From Ascidiella aspersa (lineage: Eukaryota), in NCBI GenBank assembly GCA_963924565.1, contig OZ004614.1, positions 8,308,001-8,372,000 of the forward strand: a stretch of 64,000 nt of DNA. Reading direction: 5' to 3'. This document shows, piece by piece, positions 40,001-54,900 of this stretch (within the stretch, counting starts at the first letter, position 1; each line of letters starts with the position of its first letter). The translations under genes and the position numbers were made by a program. The notes below the pieces were generated by a model, which was not told the DNA's origin, ran no database searches, and saw only the letters and a program-made list of their open reading frames with translations.

Positions 40001-43000
40001 GTCAACAAACGTAGTTTCCCGCACTGTGGTTGTCTTATTTATTTGTTATCTTACTAAACAACGAATGTTATTGGGAGGCCTACTCCAATAACTATTTGTG
40101 ATCGCTGTAACTTTATGTTGGGTTACGCACTTAATTAGTTAAGGGCCGCAAGGCCATAACTTCTTTTAACTGTCCAACAGTCAATATGTTGTTTGCCTAA
40201 TTGCAAAAATTATTTAGGTGTTGTATACGCGTAAAGACGGCAAACAAGAAGGAAAGAAAATGCCGTTTTAGAACAAATTACAAAAAATGCGAAGAAAGTC
40301 AGATTCGCCCCACATAAATATAATCACTGCCAAACGTTGCGAAGAGGCATTTTAATATGGCTAAGTTATTGTTTGACAAGTTACATCAGTTAGTTCTATG
40401 CATACCTCCGCTTGATCCCCTAATGAACTTAGATGCTCAAATAAAGCTCAATATTCTACCGTTTTTTTCCATCGCTGGTTCGGGCTGGGAGTATAAAAAC
40501 GATTGCAAACGTCAGTTGAGTTTAGTTTGTGTGTTAGGTAACATATTGCAACAGTAACCCGACACTTAACATATAGCAAGTTATGATGGAATGCTAGGCC
40601 ACCATGGAGAAGCCTGTGACTTGTTTAATAATAATCATTGCGGCCGTCTGTTTCGGAAAAGCAGGTCAGTGTTCTTGTGACTTCTCATTTAAATTACCAT
40701 ATATAAAGTTAGATAAATACAGCTCCTATGGTAATTATAATTGTTATTTATAATTGTACATACTTTCTGCTACAAGCTTCAACGTCATTCACCCCGAAGA
40801 AGGCGACTTAAACAGGTTGCCGAAACGTTCGTTAACATTTATAATTACCCGAGGAGCAGTTTTTGACTAATATTATGCCTGCTAGCAGCAGTTGATATAT
40901 ACAATGTTATTCATATAAGTATACATATGTGCAGTTTGCTTCGGAATATTTTTCACATATGGGGAGTAGCACATTTTGTGTTTAGCCAGGCTTTATGTCG
41001 CAGGACACATTTATGAGAACTTTATTTCAACAGGTGCTCACAAATCGCGATTTTGGATATACTTTGCAAAAAGTATATGCTACGGGGCGAAAAGTATGTT
41101 GTTTAACATTTAATCAGTAAGTGTCCCACCGAACGCAAGATCGTCCATTTCTTCCCTTATCAGCTGCGTTGAAAAGCCCCGATGGTATTCGATAGCAACT
41201 TGTTGCGGTATTAAGACATCTTATTTAGGCAAGCAGTCTGTATAACACCGTAATACATTAACAATAAGTTAGTGGCTCGGACAGGGGGATATGCGACCGT
41301 TTTAATACATTTAAACAACTTCGATGTATATGCTACTCTTGTTAGTTTAACCGGATTACGTTTGCTTAAACCGAACACAGCATCTATATTGAGAAATCAG
41401 GTGGCACTATATTGGAAGCCGTTCGCTTTGAATGTAAACATTCTATTTTGATATGTTAATTGAAAAAATATGCAACCAACAACTCGCTGTCCTGCATTCG
41501 ATTGACATACGATTGCCATTTTGAACCAGGAACATCACACATTATTAGTGAACTATTGTGGAATCGTTGTATAACTTTCCAAGTAAATTAATTTTTCCTC
41601 TAACATGCTTGATTTAATCAGTCGAATCGAGAAACGTAAACATTTATTTTTATTTCTATTTATGTAATTTGTACGTACTCGTAATTTGGCTCATGGGACT
41701 CGGCAAGTATCGTAGTAGGTCCGCCTTTGAGAACTATGTTTGTCCGTAAAAAAAGTTGGTTGTGTAAGTAAATGACCTTTTTTATTAAACTTTCCTGTAA
41801 AATTTGGTTATTTTACCTTTTATTATTTTACATAGACCCTTGTGAAATGTAGTTTTACCTTCATTTTTTATAAGAAGGATCGTGGATCATTCAAAAAAGA
41901 TATGCTTTTTTGAAAACTTAAAAGAATTTCAGTGTAATTTCAGTGATCTATATTACAGTGAGGTTGTACGAACAGACAAGTTAAAGGCAGTAGTTATTGG
42001 TGCTATGAACGGTCCTAACTGAGCCATTACGTAGCTTAGTTGTAGCGCGACTAAAACTATATGGCTGAGGTCGCGGGTTCGAATCTTATATCGTTGGTTT
42101 AGAATCGTCATAAAGTTTCAAAACAAACAAAATTCAGTTCATAAGGTTCATAAACAAAAATATCAATATAATGTAAGAAACCTATACTTGACTCACTAGA
42201 ACACTGTCATTAAAATCAAGCTTGACTTATCGTTACAAATACATCTGTCCAGATTGATTTGCCTGATTTTTAAACATCTGGAACTCCCACGGCAGTTTAC
42301 CCCGAAAACAAATAATAAATGATCAAAGCGGAATATTATGCAATTTTACATTTTAAGAATCTTTAGTTTGGATGTGGAATATGAAAATGTTTAGTTTGGA
42401 TGTGGAATATGGATTAGCCCAGTGGTTTCAAAACATTTTTAAAAATTCATACGTGGCAGACTCGCTTGCAGTTAAATACGTATACAAAAATTAATAAAAG
42501 CAACTAATATTTTACTTAGTTTGTTGAGTTGGGTTCATTTGATTCGATTCATTTCATTTACCTTTTATGGGCTAGGTTTGCGACCATAAGCTTTACATTC
42601 GCGGACCCCTAAACTTTTAACGAACAATAATAATTTGTGTTTTAATAAAAATGCACAAAACAACGAAAAAGAAAATCCCGCAGGCAGCTAACGACCATTT
42701 ACTTTTGTAATATTGCTCGAAAGTTCGCACAGAAGATAACATCGCGAAAAAGCGTAACATAGTCGGGACACTCTCGGCATATTTACATTGATAAATTACA
42801 TATCTTGCAGATAAAAAGACACATATCACAAACGTTTTGCACGGTTCATCTTTGTGCACTCCAAAGAGTAATTGCTCGGGGGAAAAATACACGATATTCG
42901 TAGTTTCATACTTAACCTCGCGCTCACGGTTCCCGGTGTATAAACACGTCACAGAACACAATTGAAACAGGTGGTATACGGTTTCCGTGGCCTTTTTGCA

Positions 43001-46000
43001 GAAAGTGCATACATTCGATTCTATTTTATCAGCTGAATAAAAGGAATCATTTGTGATAATTGCGCCCAAGTTGAACTTACTGGAAGCTTCTTAATTTGTT
43101 TTCGATTATTGATTTGTTCAGGTTTCGATATATGATTTTCCAAAGCAAACCTGCACTCCCACAACTTAAGGTCCGATGCCAGGCTGTTGTAGGCCTAGGT
43201 AGTTGTGGTAAAACGATTTGGTGGAATTGTATTAGTGAATAAATATTTTTAATGTTTCGGTTCTACACGATCGTGAAGATGTTATGTTATTCAAACTCAT
43301 TCTTCTGGGAGACTCGCTATTAATTTAATGGAACAACAATAAGTCCGATAGAATTTTTTTGGACGCATCTAGCACAGTCTCGCGGCACAACAATTCATGA
43401 ACACTTGCTTTGACCACGTTGCTTGTTTATGAAACAATAAAATATCTAGCTAGGTACTGTCCACAACAAAGTTGAGACTTTTAAATTTGGCAGTTACGCG
43501 GGTAAAATGGTTATAGCTAAGTACCTTATTATTTTGTAAATCACGGGGTATTCTCTGTGTTTTCTAAGGTACAGAACATTGAAAACATAAAATATGTAAA
43601 ATTAACTCTGTTATTGTTCTATATTTTATTGTAATTTTATATTTTATTTTATTTGTAATTTGGTCAAAGAGGTCGCGTTAAAATTGCAAGGTAAATTGAG
43701 AAAAACCTAATAAATTACTTCAATATTTTGTAGCTATATTAATTTGGAAGTTTTCTGTAGATCGGTCACCACAACGCCTATTGTTAAGCAATTTAACCAT
43801 GAAGCAAAACCTATAAGAATTGAGAGCAAAGCAGTTAGTTGTCCAAAACTCAATTGTCATTTTTATCGTTATATGTTCGCTTTAAAGTTTTACAAATATA
43901 TAGTATCAGAAAAATTTATTGCTGTTAGTTTAACGTAAAGTATACAGCATTTTTACTTGAACTATATATCTTAGTTTGAAGACATACACATAATTATATT
44001 TTGGTTTAAAGTGTTCAAAACCAAATTTTTGCACAGTTAACGTTGGAACGACAAGTAAATTGCTTGACTATATAAGTATAATGTCAAGTCACCTTCTTGT
44101 AGATCGGACAACATAACGTGAATTTGTTTTTAACGATGCAATATGACACACGGACAATATTGGTATGTTGTCATAAAAGAAGTGGTAAAGCAGGCCTGCA
44201 CAACTTAAAATGGTACACGGACTGCTACAATAAAAAACAATTACGCGGGCCCCACACTGAAGTTAACAGACAATTCTTTTGGGATGACGGTGCGTTGTAC
44301 ACATGACTTCATAAAACAATTAATCTTAAAACCACACTTTTTCAGGCAATCTCGTGAGCGAAAAAGGTGCAGCTGAAATATAATCTACTTGCAAACAGCG
44401 CAAACAAAAACAATTACGTTTATTTGGTTTAAACCCGTAAATTTTTTAAATTTGAAGCTGACGTATAAAGCTAATAAAAGAGATTCGCATATTGCTCGAA
44501 GTAACGGAATTTAAAGTCAGATATAACAAAAAATGCACCGACAAAAACATACTAAAAACCGAAAAAGTAAAACAAAATGTATCAACAGAGTAACGTTGGC
44601 AAAAAATATAGCTTTGGGACAATCCCTGGATTCGTCTTTCACTTAATATACACCTACAGTCTGTGCAACTAATATTAACAATTACGTATGATCATGCAGT
44701 ACACAAGCAAGTCAGGACTGATGAAAAAATAAAGCAATTATCTGAAAATGTTATCACTTCGTGGGCCGCATTATTAGGTTATGCTGGTCGCATGCGGCAG
44801 CACGTTGTGCAATGGTCAGGCCTCTTTAAACCTACAGTATATAAACAAATGGAAACTGTAATATAATGTTAATTCCTATCATTTCGAGGTTACGTATACA
44901 ACATCATTCCTTGAAATATGAATCTCAATTTTAAACCATACAAGTAGCCTCCTTACTTTTTGAGCAGTATTAATTAGGGAATGGTGGGCGTTAAAATTTT
45001 TTTCGATAAGATCAATAGTTTTACAATTCAACCTTTTAAAATAATTTTAGGTGTTAACATATTATTCCTTCATTGTTTCTTGTGTCATCTTTATATCTCT
45101 TAAAATATGTCCGAATTAAAAAAAAAAAATTGGATATTTTTGTCTCTTGAGCGATAAGATACGCATCTTTTTGCCGAAACGCTCAATTTCTCTGAACCTT
45201 TTCTGATGTGACTCGCCGTCTGGACATTCGGAATTTTAACATTCTCGATAGCACCAGCAGGTTGGATCAATTATTATTTTTTTCGGGCAATACAGGGCAA
45301 AATAACAAAGAAAACAAAATAACAAATTCCCAATAACGCTGTAAACCGGTGTTTCCCAACCTTTTTTGTACTAGTGTCACCTCTGGCTCGACAGACTTAT
45401 TTAACGCCACCCAAGTTACAACAACCTCGGGGAGTGGGATGGGTTTAAGGTGCCTGCTTGGTTAGGAGGCGGCATAACAACTTTGAAATATGACGTTAAA
45501 CAAGATTACCACGAGGCGAAAGTATATGCAAATTTAGTCTAAATTGGCCTGTAATTTAGTATTGATGATGATTATGGGTCACTAATAAATTTAACAAAAC
45601 AAGCTAAATAATATTAGAGGCAAATAAAGAATAATACCATCCCAATAATATACCTTTGTCGTATAATTTTAACTAAACGTTAATGTATTTTTTTGTTATT
45701 CAAAGTTGTTAAAATGGAATATTTATAGGAATTTCAATAAAAAAAATCTTGAGTCACCTTCTTCTGAATGTTGGCTTTTAAATCTTGTAGCCTACACTTT
45801 GACATTATATACCAGCAATTGCTTAAATGCAAGCAATTTTAAAATAAAAATAGGTGAAACGGCATTAGAAAAAACATGTTTCGCGAGTCACGATCTGTAT
45901 TTTCTGTGTAGTGGTCACTGTACAGTACAAGTTGCCTAAGTAGTTGCCAATTTGTTATGTGTGGCTCTAAAAAGTTCACAAATCACATTAAAAAGGAAAC

Positions 46001-49000
46001 AACGCACTTTTCTGTAGTTGGTTACCCCAATATACAAGTTTAAAAAGTACATTTTATAACAATATTTCAAGGTTTACAGAAATTAAAACAACTGTAGCTG
46101 TGGCGTGGTTTATAGCATAATTCGTGATTGTATTAACGCCCCCTTATATTGGCTTGGCGCCCCCCAAATCAGAAAAAGACTCACATCGCGCCCCTGTAAC
46201 CACTAGATTAGAAAAAGACGCCATTGGTCCAAAAGGTTTTTTCTATCCCAATAAACTAAGGCAAAACACATAGATAGTTAAAAATGCGAGTTGATCTTTA
46301 TATGCTTTGCTAAAATTACAAAAAAATTAGAGGTTGGCCTCGTACCTAGTTTTGAACAGAGGCGGGGGCGTAGGTGGCCGACCCCTATACTAAACAAAAA
46401 ATCATCTTGTAAACTCATAGACGTGCTTTATTGAAGTGACTTGCATACCGTTAAAACTGATTATGTTGCAATAATTTAGTCCAATATGATACGAAGCCAA
46501 ATAAAAGCGCATGACGCAATAATTCAGTCTTTTGGAATAAAACGAACCTGATAGTTCATAGATATACTTAAACCAATAAAATTTTGGGCAGATTTGATGA
46601 CCTATTTTATACCATAGGACGACCTATTTTATACCATGGGTGGCGACCTACACTTTGGGAACCCCTATATTCTATAGTAACAACCACATGTCTGGAATCC
46701 ACATTCAACCTAAACGTACAATTGAGCCCTGACGTACAACATCAATCTAAAAAGGCACAAGCTATACCACGTTAAAGGCTGCAATATACTTTTTTCACCT
46801 TTTAGTTAAATAACAATCAGTCTCATGTTATATTACGTGTAGAATAAGTGTTTTTTGTCTCGACAAACAACTAATTGAAATCTTGATAAATAAAAGTGTT
46901 TTTTACTCTTTGCTCAAAACAACAATTATTTGGTATTATACATAGTTCCATTGGTCCATTTAAATAAAAAAGCATTCTTAAAACTAAGACAAGCTGAGCT
47001 CACAACTTAAAAAAAGCACATTTTAGAAATAAGCATATTGGTGTTTTCTAAGACACTGCATTTAAAAAAGGACAAACTTTCAAATGAGCACGGGGTAATC
47101 CTACGTATGATAGTTGAAATAACCATAAGCGGATTTAGTGATAAATTAAATAAGGGACGAGCAAAATTTACTAGGGAATCGCATTTTAAATTCAGTGGTT
47201 TAACAAATAGGCACATACAGGGTGGATAAGTGTGTGCAGAATGTTTGTAGTCTATTGTATGGGGCTATACCTACAACACAGCAAGTTTGTTGAAACATGG
47301 TTACAAGCAGGTGCGGGTCTGTGGACAACCAGGCCCTGTCCACTCAAACTACATTTTTGGCCGACTTTTAAAATGAAAGTACTATTTTGTAACTGCTATC
47401 CGTTTTAAATATGTTTTTGTTCGTTGTAAGGATTTATTGCATACTGTGGCATGTTGCATAAACCGTATGCAAACCCTATACAAATTCTGTTGAAACCAGA
47501 TTATTAGACTATGAGTGCGAACAATATGCAGTTTTGCCAATTTAAATCAAATAATTTTTTTTTTCGCGTTATACGAGATTAGCCAGGAGTTTAGCTGCAT
47601 ATCAGCACACAAGTTCGCTTAAGAACATTGCACGTTACAATGGTTATATCAACTCAAGCTATATGAATCTGGATGAAAACAAAATTTCTCAACAGGAATC
47701 TAGATGCACATTTTTATTTCATTTTTCAATCAATCATATGGCAAAATAATAAAATTTAATTTAGACTTTGTAAAATACCATGATTTTCTACATTTAAAAC
47801 GATGGATTATTTTTCATTGCTTTACGACTTAGCATAATGCTTGGTTTGCCACTAAATGTACAACTTTATGCACGGTCTGTAAAGCCTTTTATAAAATTCA
47901 ATAATTAACCATTAAGATTTTAGATGGTGGACGCACAAATTGCTTCATATCACGTGAAGCTGTTGTGCTACCGGTATTTCATCTGATGTAAACGAGACCT
48001 TAAACATGTTTTTTTTTCAACTAAATATCATTATTTCGCCGTAAACCTCAAGGTCAAAGGATAAAGGATATGCAAATTATTAAACAGGTCACCTTTTAGG
48101 AAATGTAAATAAATGGCTTTTAAGAACAAGTTAAAGATGATGTATTATTGCTACAGTGCAAGCGTTAACGATTGCAACGTTACGATAAAAAGCGCGATCT
48201 TTATTATCGTATAAATGTTGCCATGTCAACTATTTAGGTGTCGTGTGTAGGCCTATATGGTCGTGATATTTTAAAATCTTTACCGTATCTCTTTCCAATG
48301 CATACATAGCGGTTGCGCCTAGAAATTTCCTAGTTCAAGTAAAATCAATAATAAATATAAATATAGCAATCACAAATAACGTTTCAAAATAAAATTTTTT
48401 AAGTCCTGTTACATTTTCTGTGTTTGTCAGCGCCATGCTTATATACATGTGAAGGCTTGGCGTCTGTTTAAATGTTTGGATGATATACGTAATAAACGTA
48501 ACGTTATTTCTAGCCACCGCAACATGCATGGGAAGAAACTTTGTGCTTTCAAGCACGCCGGCAAAAGATCAAGCAACCGCCAAGTCAGCTTGCATTGCTG
48601 GAAGTGGTAACTTGGCAAGCATTCCTGACGAAGTAGCACAAAACCACCTCAGCAATCTCGCGAGTAGGACCAGCTGGTTGTGGAAGATAGGTGCGAAAGG
48701 TTCCCCAGATACAGTTTGTAAGAAATATAAAATTTTAATTTGCTCTGTTTTTTGTGCAATAGCAATGTGTTTTATCAGATGCTTTCATCGGAGGAAAACG
48801 TTCTGGAAACGATTTTAAGTGGCCCGACGGCACAATCTTTTCAACATTATCAGGTGCGTTTGTTACTGAAACTATCCGTTTGACTTAAGGTATGTTTTTC
48901 ACTAACCTCGCGGGCCTGGTTAAACGCATTGCATTAGGTTTAGCTTGAACTTCTTTTTTGCTACATATGGTTGTGTATTTCTGTTTCAACCAAATGTTTT

Positions 49001-51945
49001 GAACAGGACTTGCTGGTATTATTTCGGTGATGATTTACCATTACCCCATTTATTGTTTTGTTAATATGCTACTTCAGGACTAAAGTGGTAGCGAAAGGGT
49101 CCATAGTACGGTAGTAACAGTCCAGTATATTAACTTCGGGTTGATTGAAGGTTGCGTGTTCCAACAGCTTAGCCACAGCAAGGTATTAAACGTATCTGAG
49201 TTTATTGAATAACATCAGAGCGGCAATTAACTTACAGGAATAGCTTAAGGTCCATGAACAGTACTGACGGTCCAGCATAATAACTTCTGTCCGTTGCATT
49301 ATTTTAGTTGGGTGGGTTGTCCAGTTCAGTTCCAGTTACCATTAAATTCTGTTCTGTTAACTTGAGATACGTTTCGTTAAGTTTCGTTTGGATTTTGTAC
49401 ACACCGCCTGGCCATAGAATCGTTTAGCAGAGGCGTGTTAACGGAATGCAAATAACATCTTCCTGGTACTTAACGAGGTCAATGCTTTATGGTGACAGGT
49501 CTGCGTTTGCGTCACGTCATTAAGCTGGTAAAAACATATTTTCGAATAATAAGAACAAATAATAAGACGACCCCTATACTTACTTCTTTGTTTTTGCAAT
49601 TCTTTTATTTATTGCTCAAACAATTTTTAAATAACTAGCTTCTTGTTTTCCTTCGCATTTTTAAAGTTGCTTCCTTTTTTTGGCATGCCAACAACTAAGC
49701 ATTTTCAAGTGTCTGGTATAAACCTAAAGAAAACCTAACTGCGTTCCACCGAACTTCAGCAAAACATCAAAACCCGGGCACCACTGCAATTTTTTAAATA
49801 TGTCGAAAAATAATCGCCTTATAAATAAGTTATCGTGTTTCTAAGAACAGGGGTCGGCAACCTTTTTCTAGTCGCGGGCCAAAACCAAACTCAGAAAGGT
49901 CTCTGCGGGCCGCACAAAATGTTAACTAATAATTGTTTAATTAACATGTTAGAACTGTGAATCAGGCGGGGCTCGGATCGTTTTTGCACTTAAAAACGTG
50001 TTTAATTACATTTAAGGAGGAAGTAAAATGTTGACGCAAAGCGAAAAAACGCGTTTGTTTGTTTTAAAATTCGAGTTCACACGTCGTCATCTATACTACT
50101 CACGAAAAGTGGAATAAAACAACTTTAAGGGAACGCGATAAAATTGAAAGGTAAATCTAGCTCAGTGTTTGTTAACTTTTCTAGTCAAGGCACAACTGGC
50201 GAAAGCGCGATTTTTTTGGGGTTTACGAACATTTCGCACGTTTTTATTACATTGCCTAAAATAAAAAATAAGTAAAATGATAAACAATATTTGTCCAATA
50301 CTTAAGAATATGTTTTCCGTTTTCTGCGATGCACTTGGCAGCTTTCCACGGCGCAACGGCAAAAAATCGCTGATCTAGTTGAAAAGCCAGCTTCAAAACG
50401 TAAACAAACCGGACGAAAAAAGATCATTAAAAAAATAGTTTTTCGCACTTACGTACTTAAAATAGTCAAAAAGCGTGTGAAATGGACTCGTGTCTAAGTT
50501 GTCAAAGAGGCGGCGGACCAGATGAATTACATCGACGGGTCGGATCTGGCCCGGGGGGCCGTAGGTTGCCGACCCCTGTTCTAGAATATACTTTAAGGAA
50601 AAAATACGTCGCTAGGCAAATAAATGGTCGAACGATTTTGAAATATGTATTAGCTATTTAAAATAAATGATTATATTTTCAACATGTAAACATGTAGTTC
50701 TTTGTTTGCCGTCGCAATCGCTTTCCGACTTAATCTTCTATTATAAGGGGTTTGTAAACAATACAGACAATTAACTGTTATCAACAAGGTTTTTACATTC
50801 TGTTTGAAATTAGGAAGCACCTGGTCTACATCTGGATACAACGGATGGGAAAGTGGAACTGGACCTTCAGGCAGTGGAACTTGTATGGTGTTTGCTGGAA
50901 CTAGATCGAAATCATCCGGCAGCTATACTTACACTTGGCAGTGGGGAAATGCGGCGTGTACTGGCAAATATTACTACATCTGTGAATACCAAGGCAAGAT
51001 TTCATCGTTACGATTTATGCAATATACGATAAATAATGTTGACATTTTACATGCTTTAGATAAAAATGGATTGCGGGCAATATTTTTTAGATTTAAGTTT
51101 TAGACCTTTATATTTACGTCAAGCATTTGAGTTAACAATAGTAAGTACGGAAGCGCGCTCTAAGAACGCATTAAACACTGTTTGGCTTATAATATTCGTA
51201 GGTGTGTAATGTGTATACATAGTTTTTCCTATGATCAATATAGGAGAATTTAGCTTGTCGAATATAGTGTTTGCAGCGTACTTGGAAAAAAGGGTAATAG
51301 CTTTATTTTAAGCAGATCACCAGGTAAATATTTTTCTGATCACCAGGTAAATATTTGTCGTGCCATCGTATAAAAAATGTGTCAATTAGAATTTTTTATA
51401 AGTTAAAACTGATAACGAAATTTCAAGTTGCATAAATGATTGGTTTGTGTTTCTAAACTTTACTTAAAGAAAAATATAACAAAAGCATAATTGACTTAGC
51501 TGATGATAACTTGGTAAGCTAAATGCTGGTATTTAATATAGGGTTATGCGGTATTTTTAAAAACGATGTGAAGCAAAAACGGTAATTTTTCGAAAAAACG
51601 TAATCTTTGGAAAACATTTAACTTCTGTTAAATCAGTTGTCTCTTACTCTCGGTATTTAGATTAAAAACTTTTAATTCATCGTATACTTATCGACCTTAT
51701 ACCGTGTCTATGTATATATGTATGCAAAAATATATTATGTATATATATTTTTGAATGTTTGTAGTTATTTATTTCATTCCTGCTATTTTATCTGTTTTAT
51801 TGAAAGCAAGGGCAAGGGCTTCGTACAATACGTTTGTTCCTAACTTGCGCAGTACAAAACTGTTCTATGAGATTCAAAATCGTTCATCGAGCGCTTTACA
51901 ATATCATACGTCTCCATTGTTCCAATCTGCTTAGCTGTTATTCGC

Positions 51946-51995
<50 letters not shown>

Positions 51996-54900
51996 TGTAT
52001 ATCAGGGGTCGGCAACCTTTTATATGTAGTGTGCCAGTTTATATATAAAGTCAAAATATCAACAACTCGCGTGCCAAATATTTTTCTATGTTTGGTACCT
52101 CCGGAATTGGTTGAAAAACAACGACTTCGGCAAAAATGTGCAATTTCATAGAGTCCCGAACCGACTGTACAAACAGACTGTACAAACTGCATTTCACCGA
52201 TTTACGCAAATAAGATAGATATTCAGCAATCCACTCATAGGGGTTATGGAAAATATGCCACCATATTCTATTCCACTTGAACAATTTACAGTTATCAGTT
52301 TCGAAATTTGGTATTGCGCACGCGCACACGTACTCGAGTCCGACTCCGCTGCCCTGCTGTGATTTGCTAACTTACGAATGATCTGACATCTAATTTACGT
52401 ATCTTGAGGGACGCCATTAAATCAAATTGCATAGGTTTATTTCTGTAAAGATAACCTAACCCTGAACACATCACTGTGCCCGCTTTGGAATATACTTCTG
52501 CGCTTTTTAGCCCATACCTAGAAGCGTTAACTCAGTTTCGCTTTTCGCTTGGTTTCTAAGTCGCACAAAAATACACGCTTGATTTCAATGTAGAATGCCC
52601 ACGCAGTAAACATCACGCCAATTTTAGGGCATTGTGCCAAATACAAACATTTAGTCGTAAACAACAAGTTTAACGACCACAACAAATAATGTTAAATACA
52701 ACAGTTAAGAACTAATATGTGACACGAATTGGCAATGTGTGCAACCATTTAGTTAGCCCTAGTGTTAGTAATGTAATAATAATGTTAAAGATGTGGTAGT
52801 TATGTAATAATTGCACTTTGTTTAGGTGATATAACGTGCGCGTCGAATCATTCGGCGGGCCCTGAAGAATCATCTAGCGTGCCACTTTTGGCACGCGTTG
52901 CCGACCCCTGCTGTATATATACATATAGGTGCTGAAAATGGTACAAGGACCGCAACAAGCCAAATATCTTCGCGGGCCGCCTACTGTAGTTCATGCAACC
53001 ACTGTATATAATGTTCTCTTTATAGCCAGCGTGTGTCAACTATATGCAGCTAAAATCCGGAAGACTCGCGCAAAGCCCGAAAAAAGTATTTATTTGTTTT
53101 AAATTGACAAAACTTACAATTTAAAATGATACGTGGCGCATTAGGCATATAAACAGATTCGCATATTGCTCGCATTTATAAGCTTATTTAATTGAAATTA
53201 CACTTAAGTTTACGAGTCGCGCGGTACAATATGGTATAAGAAGCATTATGCTTTTGGGCTGAACATAAATCCTTCACCGGTTTAATTCATGCTGGCTAGA
53301 ACTGGTTGTACATATTCTATTTTATTAGGGAACAAGCACAACCGGAGGCACATTTTCCTTATAGCGGAAATATAACTGGATGAATTACTAAACTTGGAAT
53401 ACCTATGTTATCATTGTTACCGGTAATTACGCATGCCGGACTTTTACATTTAGTTGAGCAAAGTAAGGGGTTCAAGGAGTTAAGTGACTAGAATTTTAAC
53501 CAGTTAAAGGTTGGAATGTAGAACATTTGTTGGAAGAATAATATACAATAGCTATGGTAAGGTCAAGGATTTAACCGGCCAGCTACTTTTTTACAACACT
53601 TTTTTTCTTGTCACGCTATTTCAACGACTCTTTTTTTATTTTGCTCTTCAGTGCAAAAAATGTCACTTTGAAAGTCAGTAAGATACATAGGTGAAATCAG
53701 CCGTTTTAGCTACCTGTTTGTTTACCTTGTATTTTAAGTATTTATCAAATAAGTTACATTTTTACGGCAAGATTTTTTATGTTTAATATGTTTAGTCTAT
53801 AGTCTATACCTTTTCTTATCAGCTAGGGGCGTGACTTAAAACTTATATTTTGACATATGTTAATTACACAAATGCTAATTGTTTCATTGCTTCGCGGTAA
53901 ATTGTCTTTCTTGTATGAAAGTTTGGCTTAACCTTTCTAAAAAACACAATTTGTCCGTCAAGTGACTTTATTCCGTCTTTAAATGATAAACAAGACATTC
54001 GGAGCAAAAGAGCCCTATTCACATTCAACATACGGTGGCCTAATACTGTTCCAACCTCATAACGTTAGTGGAATTTTCGTGTTTGCCGTAACCTTTAACG
54101 GCTTTGCGCAGGCTATGTATCTCCAAAGCAAATCTTAAGTAAGGTAAGCACACTGCGTTTATTGACCTATACTGTTTATTCCATATATGTCAGAAAATAA
54201 CCGTTTAATTAGTTTTATTGATTCATAAAAAGGGATTTGTATTAGACTTTTTTTAGCACAGCATTGTATGAGACAGTTTTAAAAATGCAACCATTATATT
54301 GTGTTTGTTGACCGATACCAGTAACGTCATTTTGCCAAACAAGGTCAACACTTCAAGGTAAAAACGAAAGCAATTTAAATGTACGAAGTTGAAGCATAAG
54401 CAGCGGAAACGGCGATAAGGAGTTCAAATGCTAATAAATTCACAGACACACGCTTAAATGCGGCCCGTTGTAAAAAAATAATTTGCTTGTTCCTGGATGG
54501 CCAGATGGTGTTTGGGAGTTAAACATTTAGAATAATTTTGTTAATAGGGTTAATGATATACAGACATTTTGGATATGGCAAAGAACAACAACTTGGACAT
54601 CAGGACTCAAAGAGTCGGTTTGTTTCGCTGGAGTCGCACTCGGGACTTGGGACTCGGGACTCGAGTAAGACTACGTAAAACTACCCGTGTCCCGAGTCCG
54701 ACATGCGCATGTACAGTACCAAATTTAAAATCTGTTATGGCCGCCAACTGAAAATTGTTAAGGTGGAATAGCATATGATGGATTATTTTTCAACCATGTT
54801 TTGAGAGTGAATACATTGTACGACACCCCTATAATTGGATTGCTGAATATCCACGTTAATTTTAGTTTGGTGTAATACGGGCTGTAGAGCCAGGGCCGGC

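Noticed and set aside
51834-52192. ORFs with poly-(YI)
   Set aside because: Translation of the (TA)n microsatellite and the adjacent MITE.
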